Below are positions 1-9,123 of a stretch of DNA of 49,848 nucleotides, one piece after another. Position numbers and translations under genes: made by a program. The DNA is from Myxococcota bacterium (GTDB lineage Bacteria > Myxococcota_A > UBA9160 > UBA4427). A model generated the notes under the pieces. The model had not been told where the DNA came from and ran no database searches. It saw only the letters and a list, made by a program, of their open reading frames with translations. The stretch covers positions 1 to 49,848 of the forward strand of contig JAZAOF010000075.1 in the NCBI GenBank assembly GCA_036228265.1. The letters run 5' to 3'. Position 1 is the stretch's first letter, and every line of letters starts with the position of its first letter.

Positions 1-483
1 GGGCTCCCCGCTGCGGCATACGGGGGGCGCCGAGATCTGATGTCCGAGATCGCACCGGAGGGCGGTGTCTACCAGGCTGGGACCCTCTCCGGGAACCCGC
101 TGGCCGTGGCTGCTGGGCTCGCGACGCTTCGAGAGCTCCAGCGACCGGGCAGCTACGAGAAACTGGCCGATCGCTCGGGGCGTCTCTCCGCGGGCCTGGC
201 CGAGCGGGCGGAGAGCCACGGCGTGGATCTGTGCACGGGCTCGCTCGGGGGAATGTTCGGTTTCGCCTTCTGCGCGGGCCCGGTCCGCAACTTCGCAGAT
301 GCCCAGGGGGCCCACCTGGGGAAATTTCAGCGCTTCTTCGACCAGATGCTCCGGGGCGGGATCTATCTGGCTCCTTCGGCGTTCGAGGCGGGTTTCGTAT
401 CACTGTCCCACAGGCGGGCGGATATCGATCGAACCCTGGATGTCGCCGAAGTGGCGCTCGCCCGGGCGGCTCGGGTCTGTTGA
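1..483 (+). CDS. hemL: Glutamate-1-semialdehyde 2,1-aminomutase, 3' part (begins before window)
   Basis: Frame open from base 1 (GLPAAAYGGRRDLM); motifs VYQAGTLSGNPLA, GIYLAPSAFEAGF typical of HemL C-terminus. Confidence 0.93.
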   Translation, partial: GLPAAAYGGRRDLMSEIAPEGGVYQAGTLSGNPLAVAAGLATLRELQRPGSYEKLADRSGRLSAGLAERAESHGVDLCTGSLGGMFGFAFCAGPVRNFADAQGAHLGKFQRFFDQMLRGGIYLAPSAFEAGFVSLSHRRADIDRTLDVAEVALARAARVC

Positions 484-532
484 GGCGGGTCCCTCCCTCG
501 GCTAGTATGCGCGCCGCCTCGCGGGGCCGGGC

Positions 533-781
533 ATGAACCTGAGCAAGTCCGGTGGTGCGTACCAGGGAGGGGTGGAAGCTTCCCTCGCGGTCGCGATCTG
601 CGTGGGAGCCGGGGTCTGGGCCGATGACTATTTCGGAACCAGCCCCGGATTCATGTTGGCCGGGCTCGGGATTGGATTCGCCGCTTTCATCACGCGATTG
701 ATTCGTCTCACGAAAGAGTTGAACGATGACTCCGCCGACAGCGGGAAAACGAAGCAAGGAGACAACGGGCGTGATGCGTAG
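533..781 (+). CDS. AtpZ/AtpI-family small membrane protein of ATP synthase operon
   Basis: 82 aa, two hydrophobic helices, GVWADDYFGTSPGFML pattern (G.W.D..FGT.P), first gene before atpB. Confidence 0.8.
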   Translation: MNLSKSGGAYQGGVEASLAVAICVGAGVWADDYFGTSPGFMLAGLGIGFAAFITRLIRLTKELNDDSADSGKTKQGDNGRDA

Positions 782-1259
782 CTGGACACCCGACCCGATT
801 GTGCGCGCGAATCTTGCGCTCTCGGCGACGGCCGTTCTTGCGAGCTTCGCGTTGGCCCCGCCCCGTTTCGGCGTCAGCCTTGCGGCGGGGGCCCTACTCG
901 AGACGGTCAACTTCCGCGGGCTGCGACGAGCGACCGGGAAGCTTTTTTCGGGCGAACTCGACGGCGGTCGCTCCTGGATGATTCAAGCCAACCTACGCCT
1001 GGGGTTGCTCGCGGTGGCGATGTATTTCGTGCTCGAACTCGGGGCGAATCCGTTTGGCCTGGTTCTGGGGCTCAGCCTGATCGTTCCCGCAACGATCTGG
1101 GTGGCCTGGCGGACCGCGCCCGCCCCGCTGCCGCCCGAAGCATTCGATGTGCCGGCGCCTGACGATCCAAGCTGGGATGAATGGAACCCGTGGCTCGCCC
1201 GGGAGCGCAAACCCCGTGAAGATGACGCGGTGACCAACGAGAAGGAGGTTCGCTCGTGA
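774..1259 (+). CDS. atpI: ATP synthase subunit I (AtpI-like, four TM)
   Basis: Four hydrophobic segments; overlaps upstream gene and atpB start (GTGA); ATG 774 chosen over 726. Confidence 0.7.
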   Translation: MRSWTPDPIVRANLALSATAVLASFALAPPRFGVSLAAGALLETVNFRGLRRATGKLFSGELDGGRSWMIQANLRLGLLAVAMYFVLELGANPFGLVLGLSLIVPATIWVAWRTAPAPLPPEAFDVPAPDDPSWDEWNPWLARERKPREDDAVTNEKEVRS

Positions 1260-1936
1260 CGATCTACGACCCCCTTCAGAGTGTTGGCGTGCCGGTTGTC
1301 ATCCAGGCCGCGGTACTCGCCTCGGTGGTACTCCTGGGCACGGGTTTCCTGGTGAAGCGGCAACTTTCGGCGGCCTCGGAAAACGGGATTGTTCCCGACG
1401 AAGGCGTGACGCTGCGAAACGTCCTCGAACTCATCGTCGACGCGATCGCCAACCTCGCCCGGGACAACATGGGCGCCGAATGGAAGCGGTGGTTCCCCTT
1501 GGTCGGCACCATTTTCTTTTTCATCCTGGTCTCCAACCTCATGGGCCTGTTCCCCGGGCTTGGCGGTGCGACGAGCTATGTCGAGACCACGACGGGCTGG
1601 GCGATCATCTCCGTGGCGATCGCGGAGTATGTTGGGGTTCGGGCCCACGGCTTTGGCTACATCAAGCACTTTCTCGGACCGATCTGGTGGTTGGCTCCGA
1701 TCTTCCTGATTCTCGAGATTCCACTTCACATCGCGCGCGTACTCACGCTTTCCGTGCGCTTGCTCGCCAACATGTTCGCCGACCACACGGTCGTCGGAGT
1801 GTGGCTAATGCTCGTTCCCTTCGTGGTGCCGGCGATCTTCATGGGCTTGGGTCTCGTTATTGCGGTCCTCCAGGCGTTCGTATTTTCGCTGCTCACCATG
1901 ATCTATATTGGCCAGGCGCTGGAAGAGGCTCACTAA
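1256..1936 (+). CDS. atpB: F0 ATP synthase subunit a
   Basis: FFFILVSNLMGL, LSVRLLANMFADH (essential Arg), LQAFVFSLLTMIYI; RBS GGAGG upstream. Confidence 0.96.
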   Translation: MTIYDPLQSVGVPVVIQAAVLASVVLLGTGFLVKRQLSAASENGIVPDEGVTLRNVLELIVDAIANLARDNMGAEWKRWFPLVGTIFFFILVSNLMGLFPGLGGATSYVETTTGWAIISVAIAEYVGVRAHGFGYIKHFLGPIWWLAPIFLILEIPLHIARVLTLSVRLLANMFADHTVVGVWLMLVPFVVPAIFMGLGLVIAVLQAFVFSLLTMIYIGQALEEAH

Positions 1937-2008
1937 GGAGCGAGGCTCTCTGCGCTAGATTTCGTTCGGAACCCCGCAAGCGGGTATTCCATAAGGAGAA
2001 ACAACACC

Positions 2009-2347
2009 GTGAAAAAAATCGCCAACATCGGCTTCTGGACCCTACTTCTCGTACTCGTACTCCCGCTCGTGGCGTTCGCGGAAGGAGCCGCTGCGGATAG
2101 CGCCGTCGCGACGGGCCTACCCTGGATGGGATTCGCCATCGGCGCCGGGGTCGCGGTCGGATTCGCGGCCCTCGGCTGCGGTATCGGACAGGGCATCCTC
2201 GCGGGAAACACGACCGCGGGTATTGCTCGGAACCCGGGAGCGAGCGGCACCATGAATACGCCGTTCATCCTCGGCATGGTGCTCATCGAGTCGATCGCGA
2301 TCTATGGCTTGCTGGTGGCGCTTCTCCACTGGCTGAAGCTTCCCTAG
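2009..2347 (+). CDS. atpE: F0 ATP synthase subunit c with N-terminal leader
   Basis: GxGxGxG stretch, IARNP loop, LIESIAIY carboxylate; RBS AAGGAGA before GTG. Confidence 0.96.
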   Translation: MKKIANIGFWTLLLVLVLPLVAFAEGAAADSAVATGLPWMGFAIGAGVAVGFAALGCGIGQGILAGNTTAGIARNPGASGTMNTPFILGMVLIESIAIYGLLVALLHWLKLP

Positions 2348-2370
2348 TTCCGTCGACGTCCTTGATGTCG

Positions 2371-2534
2371 GCCCGCGCCTAGTCGCGGGCATCGAGAGAC
2401 GCCGGGCGGGAGCGCGAAGTGGGACTCACCCCGTTGGATCCCACTTCACACCCGTGCCCCCGCCCGGCGACTCGAGCCCCGCTATCCCCCGGTCCCGTAT
2501 GAGGGGAACAAAGCGGAGACGCCTTGCGGCGCGT
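2371..2534 (-). ncRNA. Candidate sigma54-dependent small RNA (four stem-loops), family unknown
   Basis: No credible ORF; stems at 2371-2390, 2392-2475, 2479-2516, 2520-2531 (GCAA tetraloop on minus strand); directly downstream of a -24/-12 motif. Confidence 0.45.
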
Positions 2535-2544
2535 TCTTTCCAAG

Positions 2545-2560
2545 AGCAAGTTGCGTGCCG
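2545..2560 (-). promoter_or_regulatory. sigma54 (-24/-12) promoter
   Basis: Minus strand CGGCACGCAACTTGCT vs consensus TGGCACGNNNNTTGCW; GG-N10-GC spacing exact; intergenic. Confidence 0.65.
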
Positions 2561-2817
2561 CCCGGGCAAACCCGTCTGCGCCTCTTTTTCGGGGGGTTCG
2601 GGCCCTGGGTCGCGTTGCCACTGCTTCCGGTGTGAACGCTTCGACACAGCCGCGCCGTGACCGGATGAACCTCCTCGGCGCTCGACGGGATTCGGCGTGT
2701 CGGTGTGTCCCCCGTTCTGGGGGGCCCATGACAGATCGGATATGTTCGAACGGCTCCGCCGCGGAGGGCGCGGGGGAAAAGGGATAGAGCCGCCGTGGAG
2801 TCGGTTGTAGGGATGCC

Positions 2818-3453
2818 GTGGAGCGAGGCAAGCTGATCGCGTTCGAGGGGCTGGATGGCTGCGGGAAGACCACGCAACTCGGTCGTCTCGCCGACCAACT
2901 GCGAAAGCAGGGCATCGACCCGATCGAAACCCGCGAGCCGACCGACGGCGAAACCGGTCGGAAAATCCGATCGATGGCCCGTTCCGGCGAAGGGGTCGAC
3001 CCCGAGGTCGAGCTCGAGTGGTTTTTCCAGGATCGACGCGAACACGTCGACCAGGTGATCCAGCCCGGATTGGATGCCGGGCGCTGGGTCCTCTGCGATC
3101 GCTACACCCTTTCGAGCGTCGCGTACCAGGGGGGCCGAGGGCTGGACCCAGGGGCCATCCTCGAGCGGGGCGAGGCGGAGTTCCCGGTGCCGGACCTGGT
3201 TCTGCTGTTCGAACTCTCCGCGGCCCGGGGACTCGAGCGCGTTTTGTCACGAGGGGGTGTTCTCGAGCCCCACTTCGAAAAACGAGATTTTCTCGAACGC
3301 GTTTCCGTGATTTTCGATGCCCTCGATCGGCCCTACATCGAACGAGTCGACGCCACGGGGGAACGTGAGGCGGTAACCGCCGAAGTCCTGGAGGTGATCG
3401 AAAGACGTTTCGGTGTCGGTTTTTCGGACAGAAAAAGCCCCGGGTCCTATTGA
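2818..3453 (+). CDS. tmk: Thymidylate kinase
   Basis: IAFEGLDGCGKTT P-loop, REPT, LCDRY..SSVAYQG, PDLVLL. Confidence 0.95.
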   Translation: MERGKLIAFEGLDGCGKTTQLGRLADQLRKQGIDPIETREPTDGETGRKIRSMARSGEGVDPEVELEWFFQDRREHVDQVIQPGLDAGRWVLCDRYTLSSVAYQGGRGLDPGAILERGEAEFPVPDLVLLFELSAARGLERVLSRGGVLEPHFEKRDFLERVSVIFDALDRPYIERVDATGEREAVTAEVLEVIERRFGVGFSDRKSPGSY

Positions 3454-3455
3454 GC

Positions 3456-6341
3456 CTACTCCAGGTGCCGTCGGAGGGCCTGGCCGGTGTGCGAGAGACG
3501 CTCGTTGCACAGCTCTTCGGGAGTTCCGGTAGCGACAATCTCCCCGCCCCCGGAGCCGCCTTCCGGTCCCAGGTCGATCACGTGATCTGCGAGCTTGACC
3601 ACGTCCAGGTGATGTTCGACCACCACCACGGTATTGCCCAGGTCGACGAGACGCTGGAGCAGGGACATCAAGCCCTCGACATCTGCGAAGTGCAGACCCG
3701 TCGTGGGTTCATCGAGAATGAAGAGGGTCCCGCCGGTGGCGCGCTTCGAAAATTCGCGGGCCAGCTTGATCCGCTGGGCTTCGCCGCCAGAAAGAGTGGA
3801 GGCCGCTTGTCCCAGGCGGAGGTACCCCAACCCGACGTCGGCCAGGGCGCGGAGGGGGCGTTTTACGGCACCCGTGTTCTCGAACAACGCCAGTGCTTCC
3901 TCGACGCTCATCTCCAGGACGTCGGCGATGCTTCGGCCTTTGTAGAGAATTTCGAGAGTTTCCCGCTCGTAGCGCCTTCCGTCGCACTGTTTGCAGGTCA
4001 CGAAAAGATCCGGGAGAAAATTCATTTCTACGCGAATGGACCCATCCCCGTCGCAGGTCTCGCAGCGTCCGCCCTTCACGTTGAACGAGAATCGCCCGGG
4101 TGCGTAGCCGCGGACTCGGGCTTCCGGCACGCCGGAGAAGAGACGCCGGATCGGGTCGAAACAACCGCTGTAGGTCGCGGGGTTGCTGCGCGGGGAACGG
4201 CCGATCGGAGACTGATCGACGGCGATCACCTTGTCGATGAAGTCGAGACCGCGAACGCTCTCGTGATCGCCGGGTATCGCGAGTGCCTTGTGGAAGTGGG
4301 AGGCCAGAAGGCGCTGAAGCGTATCCTCCACGAGTGTTGATTTTCCCGAACCCGACACCCCGGTCACCACTGTAAAGCGACCGACGGGGATGTGGAGATC
4401 GATGTTTTTCAGGTTGTGTTCGCGGCATCCCGCGATAACGATCTCGCGCTCGGCCGGAGGGCGTCGTTGTTCGGGCATCGCGATGTGGCGGCGCCCGGAA
4501 AGATACGCGCCCGTCAGGGATTGTTCGTTGGAGAGAAGCGACACGGGGGGACCCTCGGCCACGATGGCGCCTCCGTGAATGCCGGCGCCGGGTCCCATGT
4601 CGACCACGTGATCGGCGGTTCGAATGGTCTCCTCGTCGTGTTCGACCACGAGCACACTGTTGCCCATGTCTCGCAACCGCAAGAGACTGTCGAGCAGGCG
4701 GCGATTGTCTCTTGGATGAAGGCCGATCGACGGCTCATCGAGGATGTAGAGAACCCCCATCAAGCTCGTCCCGATCTGGGTGGCCAGCCGGATCCGCTGG
4801 GCTTCCCCTCCGGAAAGGCTGGTGCTGGGCCGGTCGAGGCTGAGGTAATCGAGCCCGACGTCGTCGAGAAAGCGCAAACGATCGCGAATTTCCACCACGA
4901 TGGGTTCGGCGATCTGCCGGGCTCCGTCGGGGAGTTCGAGCTCGGCCAGGAAGGCATCGAGGTCGGCGATGGAAAGCGCAGCAAGGCGGTCGATGGACTG
5001 ATCGCGGAGGCGAACGTGGCGAGCCGCCGGCCGCAGCCGAGAACCGCGGCAGTCCTTGCAGGGGCTCTCGCTTCGGTAGCGCTCCAAGCCGCGCGCCGCG
5101 CGTGCCCCGCTTTCTTCGCGTCGAACGAGTTCGCCAATCACCCCGTCCCAGGTTCTCGAGATCGAGTCTCCTTGCGCGCCGCCGGTTTCGAAATCAATCG
5201 GGGTGTCGCCGGTACCGTGCAGGATGGCCTGTCGGGCTGCTTCGGGAAGCTCCTGCCAGGGGAGATCCGGGTTCACGTCGAGATGGCTCGCGAGGGAGTT
5301 TGCAAGCCGCTGGTAGTGGCGCGCTTCGGAGCGCCCGCGCCACGGTTCGATGGCCCCCGTCGCCAGGCTGCGCTCGGGGTCGGGAACGATCCGGGAGGGG
5401 TCATAGGCCGAGGTGGTTCCCAGCCCGTTGCATCCCGGACATGCGCCCTGGGGGCTGTTGAAAGAGAGCATACGGGGTGTGAGCTCGGGCAGAGAGACGC
5501 CGCATTCGGGGCAGGCGCTGCGCCGCGAGAGCAGCCGGGGTTCTGCGCCGTCATCGAGATCGAGCCGGGCCAGCCCGTCGGCGAGTTCGAGCGCCATGGC
5601 GAGCGATTCTCGGAGCCGGGCGTGGACTCGCGCGTTGACCTGGAGGCGATCGACGACGACGTCGATGTCGTGTCGCGCCTGCCGCTTCAGCGAGATTTCC
5701 CCGGCCAGGTCCCGAACTTCGCCATCGATTCGAACGCGGACAAAGCCCTGCTTCCGGAAGGATTCGAGTTCCTTCCGGTAGCTTCCCCGTCGGCCGCGGA
5801 CCACGGGTGCAAGGATGGCCACGCGAGAGCCCTCGGACAGGCCGTAGATCTGTTCACACATTTCGTCCAGGGTCTGGCTCGTGATTGGGCGGTCGCAGTC
5901 GGGACAGTGGGGTTGTCCCGCCCGGGCGAAGAGAAGCCGCAGGAAGTCGAAGATCTCCGTCACGGTCCCGACGGTGGAACGGGGATTGCGAGTGGCGCCC
6001 TTTTGTTCGATCGCGATCGCTGGAGAGAGCCCTTCGATGGCATCGACCTCGGGCTTTTTCATCTGGTCGAGGAAAATTCGCCCGTAGGTCGAGAGTGACT
6101 CGACATAGCGACGCTGGCCTTCGGCATAGAGAGTGTCAAAGGCGAGCGAAGATTTGCCAGAACCCGAGGGCCCCGTGACCACGACGAGTTTTTCCCGAGG
6201 AATTCGCACGTCGAGGTCGCGCAGGTTGTGTTCCCGGGCTCCGACGACCACGATTTCACTGGGTCCATCGTTGCCGGGATAGGCGTTCGGGGTGGGGGTT
6301 CTGGGCGACGGAGGATCGCGGGGCGGAATGGCCGAGCTCAG
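3456..6341 (-). CDS. uvrA: Excinuclease ABC subunit A (start uncertain: CTG 6341 or GTG 6251)
   Basis: GAREHNL, two Walker A ([20 protein letters not shown]), two LSGGEAQRI signatures, CxxC zinc fingers. Confidence 0.96.
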   Translation of the reverse strand: MSSAIPPRDPPSPRTPTPNAYPGNDGPSEIVVVGAREHNLRDLDVRIPREKLVVVTGPSGSGKSSLAFDTLYAEGQRRYVESLSTYGRIFLDQMKKPEVDAIEGLSPAIAIEQKGATRNPRSTVGTVTEIFDFLRLLFARAGQPHCPDCDRPITSQTLDEMCEQIYGLSEGSRVAILAPVVRGRRGSYRKELESFRKQGFVRVRIDGEVRDLAGEISLKRQARHDIDVVVDRLQVNARVHARLRESLAMALELADGLARLDLDDGAEPRLLSRRSACPECGVSLPELTPRMLSFNSPQGACPGCNGLGTTSAYDPSRIVPDPERSLATGAIEPWRGRSEARHYQRLANSLASHLDVNPDLPWQELPEAARQAILHGTGDTPIDFETGGAQGDSISRTWDGVIGELVRREESGARAARGLERYRSESPCKDCRGSRLRPAARHVRLRDQSIDRLAALSIADLDAFLAELELPDGARQIAEPIVVEIRDRLRFLDDVGLDYLSLDRPSTSLSGGEAQRIRLATQIGTSLMGVLYILDEPSIGLHPRDNRRLLDSLLRLRDMGNSVLVVEHDEETIRTADHVVDMGPGAGIHGGAIVAEGPPVSLLSNEQSLTGAYLSGRRHIAMPEQRRPPAEREIVIAGCREHNLKNIDLHIPVGRFTVVTGVSGSGKSTLVEDTLQRLLASHFHKALAIPGDHESVRGLDFIDKVIAVDQSPIGRSPRSNPATYSGCFDPIRRLFSGVPEARVRGYAPGRFSFNVKGGRCETCDGDGSIRVEMNFLPDLFVTCKQCDGRRYERETLEILYKGRSIADVLEMSVEEALALFENTGAVKRPLRALADVGLGYLRLGQAASTLSGGEAQRIKLAREFSKRATGGTLFILDEPTTGLHFADVEGLMSLLQRLVDLGNTVVVVEHHLDVVKLADHVIDLGPEGGSGGGEIVATGTPEELCNERLSHTGQALRRHLE

Positions 6342-7363
6342 GGTGCCGCCTTCGTTTCGTTGAGCAGGCGCGAAGTCTCGGAGAAGAGGCCCTTGCGTTG
6401 GATGTAGGTCTGATCGCGGAGCGTGTCGATCCACCGGGCGTATTCTTCTTCGGTCTTGCTCTGGAAGACCTCCTGGTAGATTTCGGGGCCAACCGCATCG
6501 AGAGTGATCGCGGAGTGGCCCTTGCGCGCCACGACCATCAGCAGGTTGCAGCCGAAGTTGGTCGCGATGACCGTGCTCACCTCCCCATCGCCAAGACTCT
6601 CGAGCGTCGGAGCCATCCAGGCCGCGACATCCGAACCGTGGATCCAGCCGATGTCGCCGCCGGACTCGGCCTTGATCGCCGAATACTTCCGAGCGACGTC
6701 TACAAAACTGGTCTTGCCGGCGATGATCCTCTCGCGTTCTTTCTCGAGCACCGGGCAAGCGTCGGCGTGACCGCGCAACACGCCGGCACCGGCGGGCATC
6801 ATGATGTGCCGGAGATGGATCTGGTCTCCCCCGACGTGTTGATCGCCGTAACGTTCGAGGTAGATTTTTTCTACCTCTTCGGGTTCGACGCGGATCCGCG
6901 ACCGGATCATGGTGTTGAGCACCTTTGAGCGTTCGATCTCGTGCTTGATCTGCTTGCGGTAGGTCGAGAAGGGAATCCCATGGGCGGAAACGCCGCTGGC
7001 CAACTGGTTCAGGGTCAGCCCGTTCTCGTCGGCAATTTTCGTGATGGCGGCGTCCAACTCGGCCTCGTCGATGGAGAGTTCCGTTCGCTTCACGACGTGG
7101 TCGATGATCTTCCCCTCGATCAGGCGCTCGAGGGCCTCCGCCCGCATCATGGCGATCTCGGAATCCGTAAGCCCCGCCTGGCGCATCTCGGCTTCGAGGG
7201 CTGCTGAAATCTGGTCGACGTCCGAAATCAGGACGATGTCGCTGCCGACCTGGGCCGCGATGCCGTCCACGACCTGTTCGGTCGCAGTGCCGGGGGTCGC
7301 GGGCAAAAGCCCGAAGAGGCCCAAGGCGGCGGCGAGGCGAGTTCGAAAGCGGGAGAACGACAT
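6338..7363 (-). CDS. surA: SurA-like periplasmic chaperone/parvulin peptidyl-prolyl isomerase
   Basis: Signal peptide, VVDGIAAQVG..IVL.SDV SurA N-domain, HLRHIM...FVDVARKYS...GGDIGWI rotamase domain. Confidence 0.85.
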   Translation of the reverse strand: MSFSRFRTRLAAALGLFGLLPATPGTATEQVVDGIAAQVGSDIVLISDVDQISAALEAEMRQAGLTDSEIAMMRAEALERLIEGKIIDHVVKRTELSIDEAELDAAITKIADENGLTLNQLASGVSAHGIPFSTYRKQIKHEIERSKVLNTMIRSRIRVEPEEVEKIYLERYGDQHVGGDQIHLRHIMMPAGAGVLRGHADACPVLEKERERIIAGKTSFVDVARKYSAIKAESGGDIGWIHGSDVAAWMAPTLESLGDGEVSTVIATNFGCNLLMVVARKGHSAITLDAVGPEIYQEVFQSKTEEEYARWIDTLRDQTYIQRKGLFSETSRLLNETKAAP

Positions 7364-7430
7364 CCCGCGATTCTAGCGATCCGGGGGTCGGAGCCCACCG
7401 CGGCGCGCCAGGCACGCTAGCCTTTCTTGG

Positions 7431-8381
7431 ATGGAAGCCCCGCCCCCCGCACAGCCTCCGATCGAGCGTCGCCGCGTTCGCGCCAACGGTCTCGAGTTTG
7501 CCGTTGCGACCAGTGAGGCGCAGCAGAGCGGCGGCCGCTTGGCGCTTTGCCTACATGGCTTTCCCGAGTGCTGGCGCTCCTGGATCCACCAGTTTCCCGT
7601 GCTCTCGGAGCTGGGCTACCGCGTCTGGGCGCCGGACATGCGAGGCTACGGCGAGACGTCGCGGCCCGGTCAAACTGCCGAATACGCGGTCGAAAAGCTC
7701 GTGGACGACGTTTCGGGCCTGATCGACGCCGCCGGCGCGGATTCGGTCACGGTGATCGGACACGACTGGGGTGCCATCGTGGCCTGGTATTTCGCGATGC
7801 GGCGCCCGAGCGAGCTGGAACGGCTCGTCATCATGAACGTTCCCCACCCGGCCGCTGCCGGCGAAGGGTTCAGCTGGCGCCAGCTGGCGCGCTCCTACTA
7901 CATGTTCTTCTTTCAGCTGCCGTGGCTTCCCGAGCGCCTGCTCTCCCGGGTCGACCCGAACCGCGTTCCTGAGGGGCTTCGGTCCGGCATGGTGAACCCC
8001 CAGAACGTCGATGCCGACACGGCGCAGCTCCTGACCGACAATTTCTCCAGCCCGGGGCGGGTGAAACCGATGCTCGACTACTACCGGGCCCTGATTCGGG
8101 GCGGAGGCGCTCGTCGCCAGTCCAAGCTGGGGTTTCCCGTGATCGAAACGCCGACCCTAATGATCTGGGGCGTGAACGACGTGGCGCTGACGGTCCAAAC
8201 CACCTACCCGACGAGCAAATACGTCCGGGACCTGACCCTGCGGTATCTCCCCGAGGCGAGCCATTTCGTGCAGCAGGACGCTCCGGTCCTGGTGAACCGG
8301 TTGCTCGCGCACTGGCTTCGAGGCGAGCCGGTCCCCGAAGAGGGCGAGGCCGAGGGCGTACACGTCGCTACGCGCGCCTAG
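7431..8381 (+). CDS. Alpha/beta hydrolase, epoxide hydrolase-like
   Basis: LHGFPE, PDMRGYG, GHDWGA (Asp nucleophile), SHFVQQD. Confidence 0.9.
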   Translation: MEAPPPAQPPIERRRVRANGLEFAVATSEAQQSGGRLALCLHGFPECWRSWIHQFPVLSELGYRVWAPDMRGYGETSRPGQTAEYAVEKLVDDVSGLIDAAGADSVTVIGHDWGAIVAWYFAMRRPSELERLVIMNVPHPAAAGEGFSWRQLARSYYMFFFQLPWLPERLLSRVDPNRVPEGLRSGMVNPQNVDADTAQLLTDNFSSPGRVKPMLDYYRALIRGGGARRQSKLGFPVIETPTLMIWGVNDVALTVQTTYPTSKYVRDLTLRYLPEASHFVQQDAPVLVNRLLAHWLRGEPVPEEGEAEGVHVATRA

Positions 8382-8399
8382 AGATCTGCCAGTTCTCTT

Positions 8400-8470
8400 A
8401 AAATTTGGATATTTATATCAAATTGTATTTTTATAGATATTGATAACAGTATCTATTAATATTCCATTTT
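8400..8470. promoter_or_regulatory. AT-rich promoter region with inverted repeats, probable TetR operator(s)
   Basis: ATAGATA-N10-TATCTAT at 8433-8456 with further inner symmetry; second imperfect palindrome at 8402-8424; upstream of TetR gene. Confidence 0.55.
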
Positions 8471-8532
8471 CTACTCTCGAGCGGAGAGATACGTGCCGGA
8501 CCCCTCGCGTCCGGCACCGGGGGGTCGTATCG

Positions 8533-9123
8533 ATGGCGAAGCGCCGAAACCCGGACCAGGTCCGGTCGGACCTGTTGGAAGCCGCTGCGAAGCTCATTGC
8601 CCACCAGGGCCTCGGGGCGACCAACAGCAACGAGATTGCCAGGGAGGCGGGGGTCGGCGTGGGTTCGTTCTACCGCCACTTCCGCGACAAATGCGATCTT
8701 TTCGAGTCCCTGCAACGAGAGATGACCCACGCCATGCGGGATCGGACGCGGAGCGCGGCGGCCACCGCCAAAAGCGTGGAAGGCCAGGTGAGAGCGCTCG
8801 TTGAGGCCAGCGTGAAACTGGCCGAGGAACGCCCGGAAGCCTTCCGCGTGTTGGCCTCTACCGGGGGGCCGCGCTCCCCGGTTCGGCTTTCCCGCAAACC
8901 CGTGGAAAAGCGGCTGGCGGAGATGCGCGCAGGTGGGCTTCTGGATTCATCGATTGACCCCGCCGTCGCGGCCAAGGGCTTCGAAGTGATGCAGGAGGGG
9001 GTTCTCGCCTGGTGGCTGGAGGACCCGCGTCGAGCAAAACGCGCTTCGGTCATAGAGACACTCGTTCGGCTTCACCCGGCCCTCGCCGGAAATTCAACTC
9101 GCGAAGCCACCGAGGCGGAGTAG
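8533..9123 (+). CDS. TetR/AcrR family transcriptional regulator
   Basis: LLEAAAKLIAHQG...IAREAGVGVGSFYRHFRDK HTH; ATG 8533; 3' end overlaps mfd by 30 bp. Confidence 0.92.
   Translation: MAKRRNPDQVRSDLLEAAAKLIAHQGLGATNSNEIAREAGVGVGSFYRHFRDKCDLFESLQREMTHAMRDRTRSAAATAKSVEGQVRALVEASVKLAEERPEAFRVLASTGGPRSPVRLSRKPVEKRLAEMRAGGLLDSSIDPAVAAKGFEVMQEGVLAWWLEDPRRAKRASVIETLVRLHPALAGNSTREATEAE

Noticed and set aside
2590-2680. SRP (4.5S) RNA, 6S RNA or c-di-AMP riboswitch
   Set aside because: Minus strand has GGAAGCAG and CGCCGAATCC fragments, but lacks the SRP CAGG-stem-GNRA core and the ordered c-di-AMP motifs; no recognisable 6S central bubble
3456-7415. 1319-aa UvrA with long N-terminal extension
   Set aside because: Extension overlaps surA in another frame and is low-complexity R/P/G shadow sequence
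8393-8475. oriC unwinding element or dif site (also considered for 49253-49312)
   Set aside because: No DnaA boxes and no XerC/XerD arm match; promoter location explains the AT richness
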